A DNA stretch of 64,000 nucleotides from Isurus oxyrinchus (lineage: Eukaryota). Where the stretch lies: contig JANJGN010000009.1 in the NCBI GenBank assembly GCA_026770705.1, positions 27,032,001 to 27,096,000 on the forward strand. The letters run 5' to 3'. Numbering within the stretch: position 1 is the stretch's first letter; the number at the start of each line of letters is the position of its first letter. Positions 25,167-37,789 of this stretch are shown in pieces. The notes under the pieces were generated by a model. That model saw only the letters and a list, made by a program, of their open reading frames with translations. It ran no database searches and was not told where the DNA came from. The position numbers and the translations under genes were made by a program.

Positions 25167-25838
25167 GGGCAGAATTTTCTATTTGGTGTGCGGGGGTGGG
25201 CCCTGCACACCAACACATAAGATGACGTGCGGTGATGTCAGGTGTGTGTCCCGACGTCACGCGTGTCATTCTGGCCTTCCATTAGGCGGGCACACACCAG
25301 AGTCAGCTATGTGCCCACCAAACTGTCAAAGGCCTGTTAAGGCCATTAATAAACTAATTAAAGTAATTGTCAGGGCTGCCCATCCAACCTTAAGGTTGTT
25401 GGGCAGGCGACGAGCCCAGGCGGCCTTTGCATTTTTCAGGAAACCTCATCCACAGGCGGGATGAGGTTTCATGAAGGGTTTGTCAATTAAATAAAATTTT
25501 TCATGAAAATTCATAAACTTGTCCCAGCTCATGACAAGACATGATGGAATAATTTTTAATTTTTTTTCCATCTTTATAACTGAAATTAATCTCCCCTGAG
25601 GCAGCTCTGTACCTTGGAGATATCTGCGCTCTTTCGCGTGCATGCGCAAAAGAACACAGGCCCTGAATCTCTCCACCCCCCCATACCCACACAGGTGATG
25701 CTGAGCGCTTCCAGGCATGTCATGCTGGGCGGGCCTTAATTGGCCTGTCCACACAAAATGGTGGCACACAGCCGATTGTGGGCAGCAATTGGCTCCATGC
25801 CCACTGCCAGCCTGCCCAACGAGGAGGAAATTCTCCCC
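25167..25838. mobile_element. PIF/Harbinger-like MITE inserted in a CR1 3' tail
   Basis: TIR gggcagaattt / aaattctcccc; flanks tat/tgt; CpG-rich interior; interrupts gggctgaatggcctactcttgtgtctat|gtgttcta. Confidence 0.7.
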
Positions 25839-26798
25839 TGTGTTCTAGGTGTAAGCAAAAGTTATAACAACTAATCTGAATGGTCTTGTGTGCCAGGATG
25901 AACCAGTAGTTAACACTACCTGAAGGTTATATCATGTCTTAACCTTGGTGCTTCTGTGCGCTCAATACTTCATATGCAAAGAGCGCATGAGCTGAAATAA
26001 TAAAATGAAATAAAAAGGTTCATGGCAGCAGACATTGAGCTCTGATCAAAATACCAAAAGCCATTAATGGCCTTGATACTTCTATCAATCAGATAATCAT
26101 TTCAATTTTTATTATCTAATGTGTGACAGGCTGAAGACAAATAAATTGAACTTTTTGCATGACCAGATCAGTGGTTACAGATTGCTAAATAAATAGGAAA
26201 ACAGGGCCCTCTGGAGAAACGGACTATTGACTTAGGGGTTCTGTAGACAATGAATACTTTGGCCTATAGTACAGACTTTTGTCTCCCTGTATGTATTCAA
26301 TAATGGATGTGCATGTGTTATCCATCCTGGGCTGTAAATAATAGCTAAATTGATCCCTTTTAATTTGTTTTAAAGAAATGATAGACTCAAGTCTCTTGCT
26401 AAATTGATGAGCATTAGATTAGCTTATGGGGAGAATGACCAATTGTCTAACCCACAGGCAAGTCCCAACATCCCACTCCCCACTATCCTCAAGCTCTCAC
26501 CAGGACTGCATGTTGCTCAATAATTCACCATCTCCATTGAACATAAGGAAAAGGAAGCTTTTGTTGTTGAAGTGCCAATCATTTCTCTCTCAACAACTCA
26601 AAGCACAAAATGTACAGCAAATTATTTGTAATGCACCAACTGTTATGGTAGGCAATTGGATTAGCCATTTCACACTCAGTGAGACCTCTCAAATCTGGTT
26701 TTGTTGACACTGGTTGAGGAAGGTTTTAGGCTGCGTGTTTGGAGCTCTTGATATAAACATTCCCTCTTAGGTTGCTGCAAAACAGCATAGCTAAAAGT

Positions 26799-28424
26799 AA
26801 AAATAAAAATACCTGGAAAATCTCAGTAAGTCTGACAGCATCTGCGGGGAAGAACACAATTAACGTTTCAAGTCCGTATGACTCTTCAACAGAACTAAGG
26901 AAAATGAGAAGAGAAGTGAAATATAAGCTGGTTTAAGGGGGGGGGGTGGGCCAAGTAGAGCTGGATAATGGATCAGTGATAGGTGGAGATAGCCAAAAGA
27001 TGTCTTGGACAAAAAAGGACAAAGAGGTGTTGACGGTGGTGAGATTATCTAAGGAATGTGCTAATTGGTGACATTAAGGATAGAAAGCAGGACGAGCAAG
27101 GTACAGACAGCCCTAGTGGGGTGGGAGGAAGGGATCGAAATAGGCTAAAAGGTAGAGATAAAACAATGGATGGAAATACATTTAAAAATTATGGAAATTG
27201 ATAGGAAAATAAAAATCTATATAAATTATTGGAAAAAATGGGGTGGGGATGGAGGATAGAGTTCATGATCTAAAATTGTTGAACTCAATATTCAGTTCAT
27301 AAGGCTGTAAAGTGCCTAGTCGGAAGATGAGGTGCTGTTCCTCCAGTTTGTGTTGAGCTTCACTGGAACATTGCAGCAGGCCACAGGCCAAGGACAGACA
27401 TTTGGGCATGAGAGCAGGGTGGAGTGTTGAAATGGCAAGCAACAGGGAGGTCTGGGTCATGCTTGCAGACAAACCGAAGGTGTTCCGCAAAGCGGTCATT
27501 CAGTCTGCATTTGGTCTCTCCAATGTAGAGGAAACCGCATTGGGAGCAGTGAATGCATTAGACTAAATTGAGGGAAATGCCAGTGAAATGCTGCTTCACT
27601 TGAAAGGAGTGTTTGGGCCCTTGGACGGTGAGGAGAGGGGAAGTAAAGGGGCAGGTGTTGCATCTTCTGCAGTTGCATGAGAATGTGCCATGGGAGGGGG
27701 TTGAGGTGTAGGGGGTGATGGAGGAGTGGACCAGTGTGTCCCAGAGGGAATGATCCCTGCGTAATGCCACCAGGGGATGAAGGGCAGATGTGTTTGGTGG
27801 TGGCATCATGCTGGAGTTGGCGGAAATGGTGGAGGATGATCCTTTGAATGTGGAGGCTGTTGGGTTGATAAGTGAGGACAAGGGGGACAACGTCATGGTT
27901 CTGGGAGGGAGAGGAAGGTGTGAGGGCAGATGCGTGAGAGATGGGCCGGACGCGGTTGAGGGCCCTGTCAACCACCATGAGTGGAAAAGCTCGGTTAAGG
28001 AAGAAGGAATACATGTCAGAGAAACTGTTTTTGCAAGTGGTATCATCAGAACAGATGTGACAGAGGTGAAGGAACTGAGAGAATAGGATGGAGTCCTTAC
28101 AGGAAGCGGGGTGTGAGGAGTTGTAGTCGAGTGGGAGTCGGTAGGCTTGTAATGAATATTGCTGGACAGTCTATCACCAGAAATTGAGACAGAGGTCAAG
28201 GAAGGGATGGGAAATGTCAGAGATGGACCATGTGAAAATGATGGAAGGGTGGAAATTGGAAGCAAAATTAATAAATTTTTCCAAGTCCAGACGAGAGCAT
28301 GAAGCAGCACCGAAGCAATCATCGATGTACTGGAGAAAGAGTTGTGGGAAGAGGCTGGAGTAGAACTGGAACAAGGAATGTTCCACGTACCCCATAAAGA
28401 GACAGGCATAACTGGGGCCCATGC
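26799..28424 (-). mobile_element. Penelope-like element lineage A, left arm (RT core, GIY-YIG and terminus)
   Basis: MGPSYACLFMGYVE...LQYIDDCFG (RT YIDD motif); CNCRRCNTC linker; LEEQHLIFRLGTLQP. Confidence 0.93.
26859..26895 (-). ncRNA. Minimal hammerhead motif, variant core
   Basis: Minus strand: gtt-CTGTTGA-A-gagtc-atacg-gactt-GAAA-cg-TT-aat. Confidence 0.55.
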
Positions 28425-29327
28425 CGCTTTACTTCCCCTCTCCTCACCGTCCAAGGGCCCAAACACTCCTTTCAAGTGAAGCAGCATTTCACTTGCACTT
28501 CCCTCAATTTAGTCTAATGCATTTGCTCCTAATGCGGTTTCCTCTACATTGGAGAGACCAAATGCAGATTGGGTTACCACTTTGCGGAACACCTTCGGTC
28601 TGTTCGCAAGCATGACCCAGACCTCCCTGTCCCTTGCCATTTCAACACTCCACCCTGCACTCATGCCCACATGTCTGTCCTTGGCTTGCTGCATTGTTCC
28701 AGTGAAGCTCAACACAAACTGGAGGAACAGCACCTCATCTTCTGACTAGGCACTTTACAGCCTTATGAACTGAATATTGAGTTCAACAATTTTAGATTAC
28801 GAACTCTCTCCTCCATCCCCACCCCCTTTCCAATCTCCCTTTTTTCCAATAATTTATATAGATTTTTCTTTTCCCACCTATTTCCATTATTTTTAAATAT
28901 ATTTCCATCCATTGTTTTATCTCTACCTTTTAGCCTATTTCAATCTCTTCCCCCCAACCCATCCCCACTAGGGCTGTCTGTACCTTGCTCGTCCTGCTTT
29001 CTACCCTTAATGTCACCAATTAGCACATTCCTTAGATAATCTCACCACCGTCAACACCTTTGTCCTTTTTGTCTATGACATCTTTTGGCTATCTCCACCT
29101 ATCACTGGCCCTCTATCCAGCTCTACTTGGTCTCCCCACCCCCACCCCCAAACCAGTTTATATTTCATCTCTCTTCTATTTTTCCTTAGTTCTGTTGAAG
29201 AGTCATACGGACTCGAAACGTTAACGGTGTTCCTCTCAGCAGAATGCTGTCAGACCTGCTGAGATTTTCCAGGTATTTTCATTTTTGTTTTCGATTTCCA
29301 GCATCCGCAGTTTTTTGCTTTTATTTT
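28422..29327 (+). mobile_element. Penelope-like element lineage A, right arm (GIY-YIG, terminus and 41-nt tail)
   Basis: Inverted copy of 26799-27653; ends at the TSD agcatagctaaaagt. Confidence 0.92.
29189..29225 (+). ncRNA. Minimal hammerhead motif, variant core
   Basis: gtt-CTGTTGA-A-gagtc-atacg-gactc-GAAA-cg-TT-aac; stems I and II pair. Confidence 0.65.
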
Positions 29328-29544
29328 AGCATAGCTAAAAGTCCTGTACAGGCAGTGCACGAGCCGCCCCCTTTTTAAGTTACTGACCCTGCACATTCGT
29401 GCAAAAAAAAAAAATTCAAGGCCTAATGTCAATGGCCCCTTCAGACAAACTAGTGCAAAACCATTCCTAGTCGCGAAGGACCTTGCAGGCTCTCTTTTTT
29501 TCCTACTTTCCTCTAAATTTACAGTTCATGAATATAAGCTGTTT

Positions 29545-29895
29545 TATGCACAGAAAGGTTGGTCCTTCAATCCATTGAGTCTGTTGCATCTCTTTCAAAG
29601 AAAAATCCAGTTAGCCTCACTTTGCAGCTCTTTCCCCCTATCCACACTGTTTAATTCCACTTCAAGTGTGTATTCAACTCCTTTTGAAAGCTACTACTGA
29701 ACCAGTTTCCATTATCCTTTCGGGCAAAAAAAAAAACTCATTTCGCATCTGCTGCTTTTGCCAGTCACCTTTTAAGTCTGTGTACTCTGGCTATAGATCC
29801 TTCAACCATTCGAAAAACAGTTTCTTTTAATTACACGCTGTTTAGATAGGGTAAATTAAACACCTCTGTCAAATCCTTCTGCTCTAAGGAGCACA
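29545..29895 (-). mobile_element. Old CR1 3' fragment
   Basis: cacagaaaggttggtccttcaatccattgag...ttcaactccttttgaaag...ccttctgctctaagg. Confidence 0.55.
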
Positions 29896-29924
29896 GATTT
29901 AAGGCATAAGCACATCTCTGATTT

Positions 29925-30152
29925 TGAAATGCCCCACCATTGGTAGCTATGCTGTCAGTTGGTGAGACCCTAAACTCTGGAATCCCCTTTGTAAAACACT
30001 GCCTCTACTCCTCTTTTTTTTAAAGACGTTCTTTGACCAAGCTTTTGGCCATCTTGTGACTTGTTGTCGAGTTTTGATTTGATAACATTTGTGTAAAACA
30101 CCTTTTAAGCTGTTTTACTAAGTTAAAGATGTTATGTAACTTTATTTGTTGT
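29925..30152 (+). mobile_element. L2-type LINE 3' end
   Basis: ccctaaactctggaatcccc...ctttgaccaagcttttgg...gttaaagatgttatgtaac..ttgttgt. Confidence 0.55.
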
Positions 30153-30304
30153 AATTTCTAATGACTTGTGGGGGCAGTGTCTCTCCTTATTAATTAACTT
30201 TTCATTCTTTTTCCTAACCCATCATCCTGAGACCCCTTTCCTTGTGAACTTTTCTCTTGTTTCCAACACTGCCTCCCTGCCAAGCCCACGGACAATGAGG
30301 CCAA

Positions 30305-30891
30305 GGGCAGGATTTTTTTTTTTGGTGGAGGGGGGGCGCTTGGTGTTAGGATCCCAACGTTGGGATCATTAAGTACGGCTCTTGAAGCTGGAAGGCCAGT
30401 AAGAGGCCTCCAGCAGTGAGGAAGCATCTTGAGGTGGAGGTGCCTTCTCAGCACTTAAAAAGCTTTTGAGGACAACAACAGTACAGCTACCAGACTGCTT
30501 TTATGGAGATAACCCCCCTCCATGGGGCAGCCTATGGCCACAGTTGTGGCCATGTACTTCCCACTGTTGCTAAAGGAGTCTTAAAGTGCCTCAGGAACAC
30601 TAGCCCACTGGTGTGCTGCCATGAGCCTCATCCTCTCACTGGTCATGGTTTGGCCATTGCAGGGAGTCTACAGGCTGACGGGAAAAGTCTCGTTGGGCCA
30701 AGAGCCTTAATTGTCCCTTTAAATGGCAGCATTTGGCTACCCACTGCTTGTGGCGGGTACCTAGTCTCGCTTCTGACCCAGCCATCCTTTACTTCTCCTT
30801 GAAGTGGCACTGTGCTGGTAAACTGGCATGCCAACTGGTGGCAGATATTTTCAGGCCCATCAGCCTCCAGGGGGCTTCCAAACTTCTGCCC
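30305..30891. mobile_element. PIF/Harbinger-like MITE with 3-bp TSD
   Basis: caa|gggcagga...ttctgccc|caa. Confidence 0.7.
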
Positions 30892-31943
30892 CAAGTTTAG
30901 TTCTAATAATTGTGTCAGCTGACATCAGTTTGCTATAGTATAATGGCTGACTATATATTCCAGTGATTTGTCTTGCTAAGCCACAAGGAGAGCTGCACTT
31001 GCAGTTCTAACTGGGGGTTTGCTGTTGCAACTGTTTGAATTCAGGTTTGTGAATTGAATTTCTTTGATAGAGGCTGTGTTTGCTTCAACTCCAATCACCA
31101 TTGTTACTGCCCTCTGTCATGGCCATGAAGCTGCACCACGAGACAGAGCTGATGTATTTCAGAGGTTTTACAAGTCAGTGCAATGCATTGGATTTGTTCC
31201 TCCTTCTCAGACAGGCAGATACGGAGAGAAATGCTGTGATGGATTGATCTCCCTGAAGCTATGAGCTTGACTCCTTGAATCTGCCACATTTTTTTTAGAA
31301 ATTCCTGAAGTTAGTTAGTGTGAGAAGAATTACAATGCCAGTACTAAATGTGATTTTTTTTAATCAGTGATTTTTAAAAAGCACAGCTGTTTTGTATTAG
31401 ACTGTTACGTCAATGATGAAGGGTCTGAAATCTCTCTGCAAAAGTAATCGTGATTGAAAGAAAGCTGTGGGGAAGGAGCAGGGGAGTGTGGGACTATTTA
31501 GATCGCTCTGCAAAAGAGTCGGCAAGGGCAGAGTTTTCAGAATGACATCCTTCTGTGCTGAATTATTAAATGGAGGGGTGAAACTTATCTTGGGCAGTAA
31601 CGAAAAATGGGTGATAGAGAATTGGCACTTTTCTTCAGTTGGGTGGATGTATAACAATGGTTAGTTATCAGGTCAAGTGTAAAATGGACTGCTGATTCTC
31701 TCGTCCGCTATGCACTAATGCCCAAGACAGATTTCGTCCCCATAGCGTTTGTGTCCCCACTCTGTTCCTCAATTATGCTGCCAACTCTCTGCTACTGTAA
31801 TTTGAGTGTAACTGGCCTATTACTATATGTGCATTGTTATGTTGCTGGCCTTGTACCAGACCAGTCTGGAACTGATTATTAGCTGTGCTTTGGTTCAAAA
31901 TTTCTTCAATTAATGGTTGAGTGTTTATTGAACAAAACGAACC

Positions 31944-32133
31944 TAAAATAAAATCAAAATTCTGCAGATGCTGGAAAACTGAAATAAAAGCTGGGAAAAC
32001 TCAGCTGGGAAAACTCTGGCAGATCTCTGCAGAGAGTAACACAGTTAATGTTTAGAATCTAATATGGCTCCTCTTTGAACAGATACTGCCAGATCTAAGT
32101 TTTCTTTCCCAGCAATTTGTTTTTATTTATTTT
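31944..32133. mobile_element. Miniature tail-out pair of Penelope termini with 9-bp TSD
   Basis: AAACGAACC at 31935-31943 and 32134-32142; left arm is a minus-strand terminus with tail and decayed hammerhead, right arm a plus-strand tailless terminus. Confidence 0.7.
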
Positions 32134-35100
32134 AAACGAACCCTAAACCCTTATGTTGAAAAACTGTAAAAGAGAGTTTTCCAGGCTCAACTTCTGCACG
32201 ATGAAGCAGTTCCATTTCTTTAACTCACCATTGGCCTTTTTATGTAGAACTGAAGTTGACGCGTTATTCATGGAATGGGTTTGGGAAGAAATCTTGTACT
32301 TCAGGAGGAGTTTGCCCCCCCTTTTTTTTGCATGAGGAAGCTAATCATTTGAATTGAGGGATTGCAGTTGTCCGGTGTCTCACCATATTTGCTCAGTAGA
32401 GCTTGAGTCTAACCCAGCACAGAGTTAGATAAACATCTTGTCTTCTTGCCTGGAAACATTCTATGAACGGTGAATTTGAAGCAGCCTGAACCCAATTCCC
32501 AATGGGTGCTAATCCTAATGCATTGCCTGCAAAAGGGTACTGGAAACAGATTCAATAATTCCCTTTCCAAAGGGAGTTAGATTATTGCCTGAAGGGAATT
32601 TTGCAGTGTGATAGAAAGAGATCTAATTGGATAGTTCTGTCAAGACCTGGCAAAGGTGTGTTGGGCTCAATGGTCACTTTCTATGCTATATCATTCCATG
32701 ATTCTAGTCCCAATCACATAACTGCCTATAATTTGGTGTAAATTGGGAATAAATTTGCACATTCAGGCCCTTTTTGGGATGGCTGGTGGTAGAAAATGGA
32801 AGTCATTATTGTACAGTACAGGGTACTCCTTGGATATGAGGCCTAAAGTCAATATCTGAGACAATCAAAGCCTCATTCTGCATCATACTAGTATGTAGTG
32901 CATGAATAGCCAAACTGAGCTATGGGCCTTTTAATAAGCAAGGCAATATCACAAATCTGTTGACCAATATTTGTCCTCCCTCAAATTTTTCTTTTGTAAT
33001 GACTGATCTGATTTGTCATTTACTGTTCATTTTCGTCTAAGCCTCTGCAGGAGTGGGATGTGCCAGTTGAGTGTGTCTCTTTTATTGCGCCTAAATGGAT
33101 ATTCTAGTAGGGAAAGGGGCATTTGGAGTTCTAGGTCTGATAAAGTAGAAGGGGTTTCCTTGCTCTTCCTTGCTATGACTATCAGTAAGAACCATGGATT
33201 ACCTGGTTAATTGACCTCAGTTGCCTAATGAGGTTTCACTAGTCATCTCCATTTAAAAAAATCAATGATCACATGGAAGACTTTCCTGACTTACAGCTAG
33301 CTGGTCTGTATTACTACATTCGGAAAGGTTGGGTCATTTAGCAGCTGCTTATTATAGTGCTGATTTTTGTAAAAGTGAGCCAGCAGGGTTGACTTTTGCA
33401 ATCATAAAGTCAAATGTGACCTTCCACCAGCAACATTTTACCCATGTATTGACGACAAAGTAGCCCTAAATAGAAAACCAATACACAACAGAAAAAGCAA
33501 TTTGTGCAGTCAAAATTGTGTTATGCCTGAGAGTATTCTCCTACTCTTAGCAAGAAATCATGTTGATTGCAAATGGGTCAGTGAGAGTGCACACTTAGAA
33601 AGTTTAAGAGCCCCTGCCCTGGCTGACTGAGAGCAGCACCATTAAGTGTGGTTACTTAACAATTTAAAATAACTGCAGTTACTGAGATCTGGTACCATTG
33701 AACAAAACTTCACTTAAGTCCTTTGGGAAAATGGGGTCATGTTTATGATGCAGTAATTTTTACAGGGAAAGCGAATCGAGTACATGGAAGTTTGTGTAAA
33801 TACACACTGGGTTGTAATTTACTGTAGCAGGGTATCTAACAGTGTCCGCCGTTAACTTGCCCTGCATGTTTGATTGCAATTATGTTTTATGTGGCCAGTT
33901 GCTGGAAGTGTGAGCTGATAACGTGTGCAGTGACATGAGTGAACGGCACAAGCACAACTGTGCATCTTACTGAAGAATCAGATTGACAAGTTGTTAAGTC
34001 CTGAAGCTCAAGGACTGATGAGTGTAAGGTTGGGGTGAATTAAATGCTAAATCAGCTACAGAAAGAGAAGACTAAGAAAGAAAAAACAAGCAGCAAGATG
34101 ACATTTAAAATGAAATTTAGTTTTTTTTTTACAAACGACAAGCAATTTAAATTTGTAATTAATTTTTTGTACCAGATAAGTTCATTGACTGTAAGTTCAT
34201 TCACTTAGCATATTAATAAAAGCATCTCTAGCTAATTTAAATAAATATACATGTACATTAACAGACAGGCGACTTATCACTTCATACCAGCTCTAACTTT
34301 GAGTTTAGTTTGCATCTACCACACAAATACATCCACTTTACGATTTTCAGTGGCAGATACCGTTTTCTTGAAGCTTAATGGCAGAGCACTGCATCTTGAA
34401 CAGCAACTTTGGGATTTCTGTGTATAACCGTGTGCCTGCTCTCGCCTGAACTTGCTTGTAGCAATTCTGCATAATAAGTGAGTGCCATTAGCCTCACTGT
34501 TATTTTGAAGGCATCAATGGGCCAGAATTTTCTTTCCCACCCCACGTCAAAGTGCCTTTCTGTTAAATGTTTTAATGGCCTAGACTGGTCAGAATGAAGT
34601 GGAAATGCATCACTGACATGAATGTAAAGAATTAGTTGACTGTTTTCTTGCCTTGCCTCCTTTCTCACATTCGTTCACTTTTTTGTTTTTTGCATTTTCA
34701 GTCAACCAGAAAGTGACACTGCACTTCACCAAATCATGTGACAATTGATAACCTGCAGTCAGTCGGACTTTTGTTTAAGGTTTAATTCTAGACTTCAAAA
34801 TGCAGCTCGTTTCCTTGGCCAACTAACCAGTTGATCAGTTCAGAATTTTTAGTAGGACCCTGGTTTTGAAAAGTAGGCAGTGTGGTGCAGATATTACTGG
34901 GAGAGAGACTTCCTGTTACAGTACCTTGGGCATCAATGCACAAGAGGGTCTGTGTGTCATAACAAATCAACACACAATCCTTTCACCTCTGGGACTTGGA
35001 TTTAGCATCCACCCTGATTGAGGTCTTTCCTTTTGTTTTCCACCTGTAGGTTGCTCAAGAGAATTTATTTTGAATAGCCTTAACCTTGTAATTAACGCTC

Positions 35101-35639
35101 GTTAGATCACAGGGACAAAAATCTGCTTTGTGCTATGCTAAAGAGTAGAAAAACATCCAAAGGTGCTTCACTGATGCATAATTCCAATAATAAATGTGCA
35201 TTGAGCCAAAGGAGGAGGCATTATAAAGAAAGACAGAAAACCTGGTCAAATGGATTTTAAGAAGGGCCTTCAGAAGAGAAAATGGAGGTATATAAGGGCT
35301 TGAGCAGAGCTGCTTAGAGCATGGGGCCGATTTGCATCCAGTTGATGAACTTCAACCTGGGCCTAAATTAAGCATTAAGGCACTAATTTCCATATTTGAG
35401 GCTCCCAAATAACTTTTATTTCAAGTGGGCACCTTTAATAGTTAGAAGCAGTTGGCTTACAGATTTGACACTTCCAGGACAGATTGGTTCACAATCGTTC
35501 CTGCCCAACCAGTCAAAGTTTTGCCCAAAAGATGAGGATGACCAGGTCCAGTTCTTTCTCTTCTCCTGCACCCCCACCGGTTATATCCCCAATCAATTTC
35601 TTAAAAAGTTCTGTCTTTATAGAAAAGACTTGCCTTCAA

Positions 35640-36862
35640 TAACCTGCTCATGGCTCAGTTTGGGTTCTATCAGGGTCACTCGGCTCCTGACTTCATTTCA
35701 GCCTTGGCTCAAACATGGACAAAAGGGCTGAACTCCAGAGGTGAGGTGAGGATTAATCAAGTGTGGCATCAAGGAACCCTAGCAAAACTGGTGTCAATAG
35801 GAATCAGTGTGCAGGGGTGGGGAGGAGACGACGACTCACTGCTGGTTATAGTCATATCTACCACAAAGGAAGGTGATAGTGGTTGTTGGAGGTCAATCAT
35901 CTCAGTTCCAGGACATGACTGCAGGAGTTCCTCAGGGTAGTGTCATAGGCCCAACCATCAGTGACCTTGTTTCCAAGATTAGGTCTGAAGTGGGGATGTT
36001 TGCTGCTGATTGCACCATTCATGACTCCTCATACTGAAGTGGTTCATGTCCAAATGCATCAAGATCTGGACATTATCCAGGCTTGGGCTGATAAGTGGCA
36101 AGTAACATTCATGCTATACAAATGCCAAGCAATGACCATCTCCCAACAAGAGAATCTAACCATTGCCCCTTGACATTCAAAGGCGTTACCATCGATGAAT
36201 CCCCCACTATCAACATCCTGGGGGTTACCATGGACCAGAAACTGAACTGGACTAACCATATAAATACTGTGGCTACAAGAGTAGGTCAGAGGCTAGGAAT
36301 CCTGTGGAGAGTAACTCACCTCTTGACTCCCCAAAGCCTGAACACCATTTCCAAGGCACAAGCCAGGAGTGTGATAGACTACTTTCCACTTGTCTGGATG
36401 AGTGCAGCTCCCACAACACTCGAAGCTTGATGCCATCCAGGACAAAGCAGCCCTCTTGATTGGCACCACATCCAAAAACGTTCACTTCCTCCATCACTAA
36501 CAGTGGCAACATTGTGTACCATCTATAAGGCAGGAACTCACCAAGACTCCTTTGACAGCACTTTCCAAACCCATGACTGCTACCATCTAGAAGGAAAAGG
36601 GCAACATGGGAGCATCACCATTTACAAGCTCCCCCCCAGGCTGCTCACCAAGCTGACTTGGAAATATTATGCTGTTTTGTCACTGACACTGGGTCAAGAT
36701 CCTGGAACTCCCTCCCTAACAGCACTGTGGGTGTACCTACACCACATGGACTGCAGCAGCTGAAGAAGGCAGCTCATTACCACCTTCTCAAGGGCAATTG
36801 GGGATGGACAATAAACATTGGCCTAGCCAGTGCTGCCCAGATCCCATGAATGAATTTAAAAA
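35640..36862 (+). mobile_element. LINE family 2 (CR1/L2-group) RT and 3' end
   Basis: QFGF...; DLDIIQAWADKWQVTF; INILGVTMDQKLNW...KAQARSVIDY; tail cccatgaatgaatttaaaaaaaa. Confidence 0.88.
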
Positions 36863-37173
36863 AAACTCTGTTCCTTTTTAGGTGCTTCCAATTTTGGTGC
36901 AGCTTTGTCCAAATCAAAGTAACGCCTGAGGTCTGAACATTGTTTGTTTGCTTGAGAACTGATCTTTCCAAATAAGCAAGAGAATTGTAACAGGAAATAG
37001 GTGGGTTGGGGGCATCTAACCAAGACTAATGCTTATTTGATTACAACTACAATACTGAGGGCAATTAAAATATTATAGGAGCAAACTTTGTACATGGCCA
37101 ACTCTGCCTATAGCAGTACCAAAACTCGTCACTTCTGATTTATCTGAATAGTTACTGTAACCCGGTTTTGTGA

Positions 37174-37329
<156 letters not shown>

Positions 37330-37789
37330 TGAACCAGTTGGTCCTGATCCTCCTTGTGACTGTAAATTTACTTTGGTAAAATTACAATTCTGTAGTTCAG
37401 TTACAGTTTTACCAGTTCCAAACATTTCTGCTTTTAATATTAAGAGCTTCCTTTTTATTGAAATATAATTGCCTACAAAACATTCTTCACCAGCAGTATC
37501 CAGTTGATCCCGATTATTAGATGTTCAATTTTTTTCCCGATTTTGATTTGAAGACAGAACATTTGACATGACACTGGAGAATTTCCTGCTCTTTTTCAAA
37601 AATGCCATCTTTGTAGCATTCATTTTAACTATCAGAAGAGGTAGGCTGGGCCTAAGGGAAGGCAACTATAGTGATGCCAGTTTTAGATTGTGAACTTGGA
37701 TTTTTGTCATGGGTCTTGAGCCTGCTACTTAGTGCTATCAATGAAGAAAACTTACAAAACTTTTAAATACCAGACAAATGAAAACGTTC

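Noticed and set aside
27558-28487. 309-aa ORF as an intact gene
   Set aside because: Mostly out-of-frame Penelope sequence crossing the inversion junction; the RT is split by frameshifts
31411-31428. C/D-box snoRNA (atgatga...ctga)
   Set aside because: Boxes only a few nt apart and no terminal stem
34702-34779. Exon after the strong acceptor ttttgcattttcag
   Set aside because: Stops in all three frames and a weak donor (gtttaa); a UTR exon cannot be excluded but is unsupported
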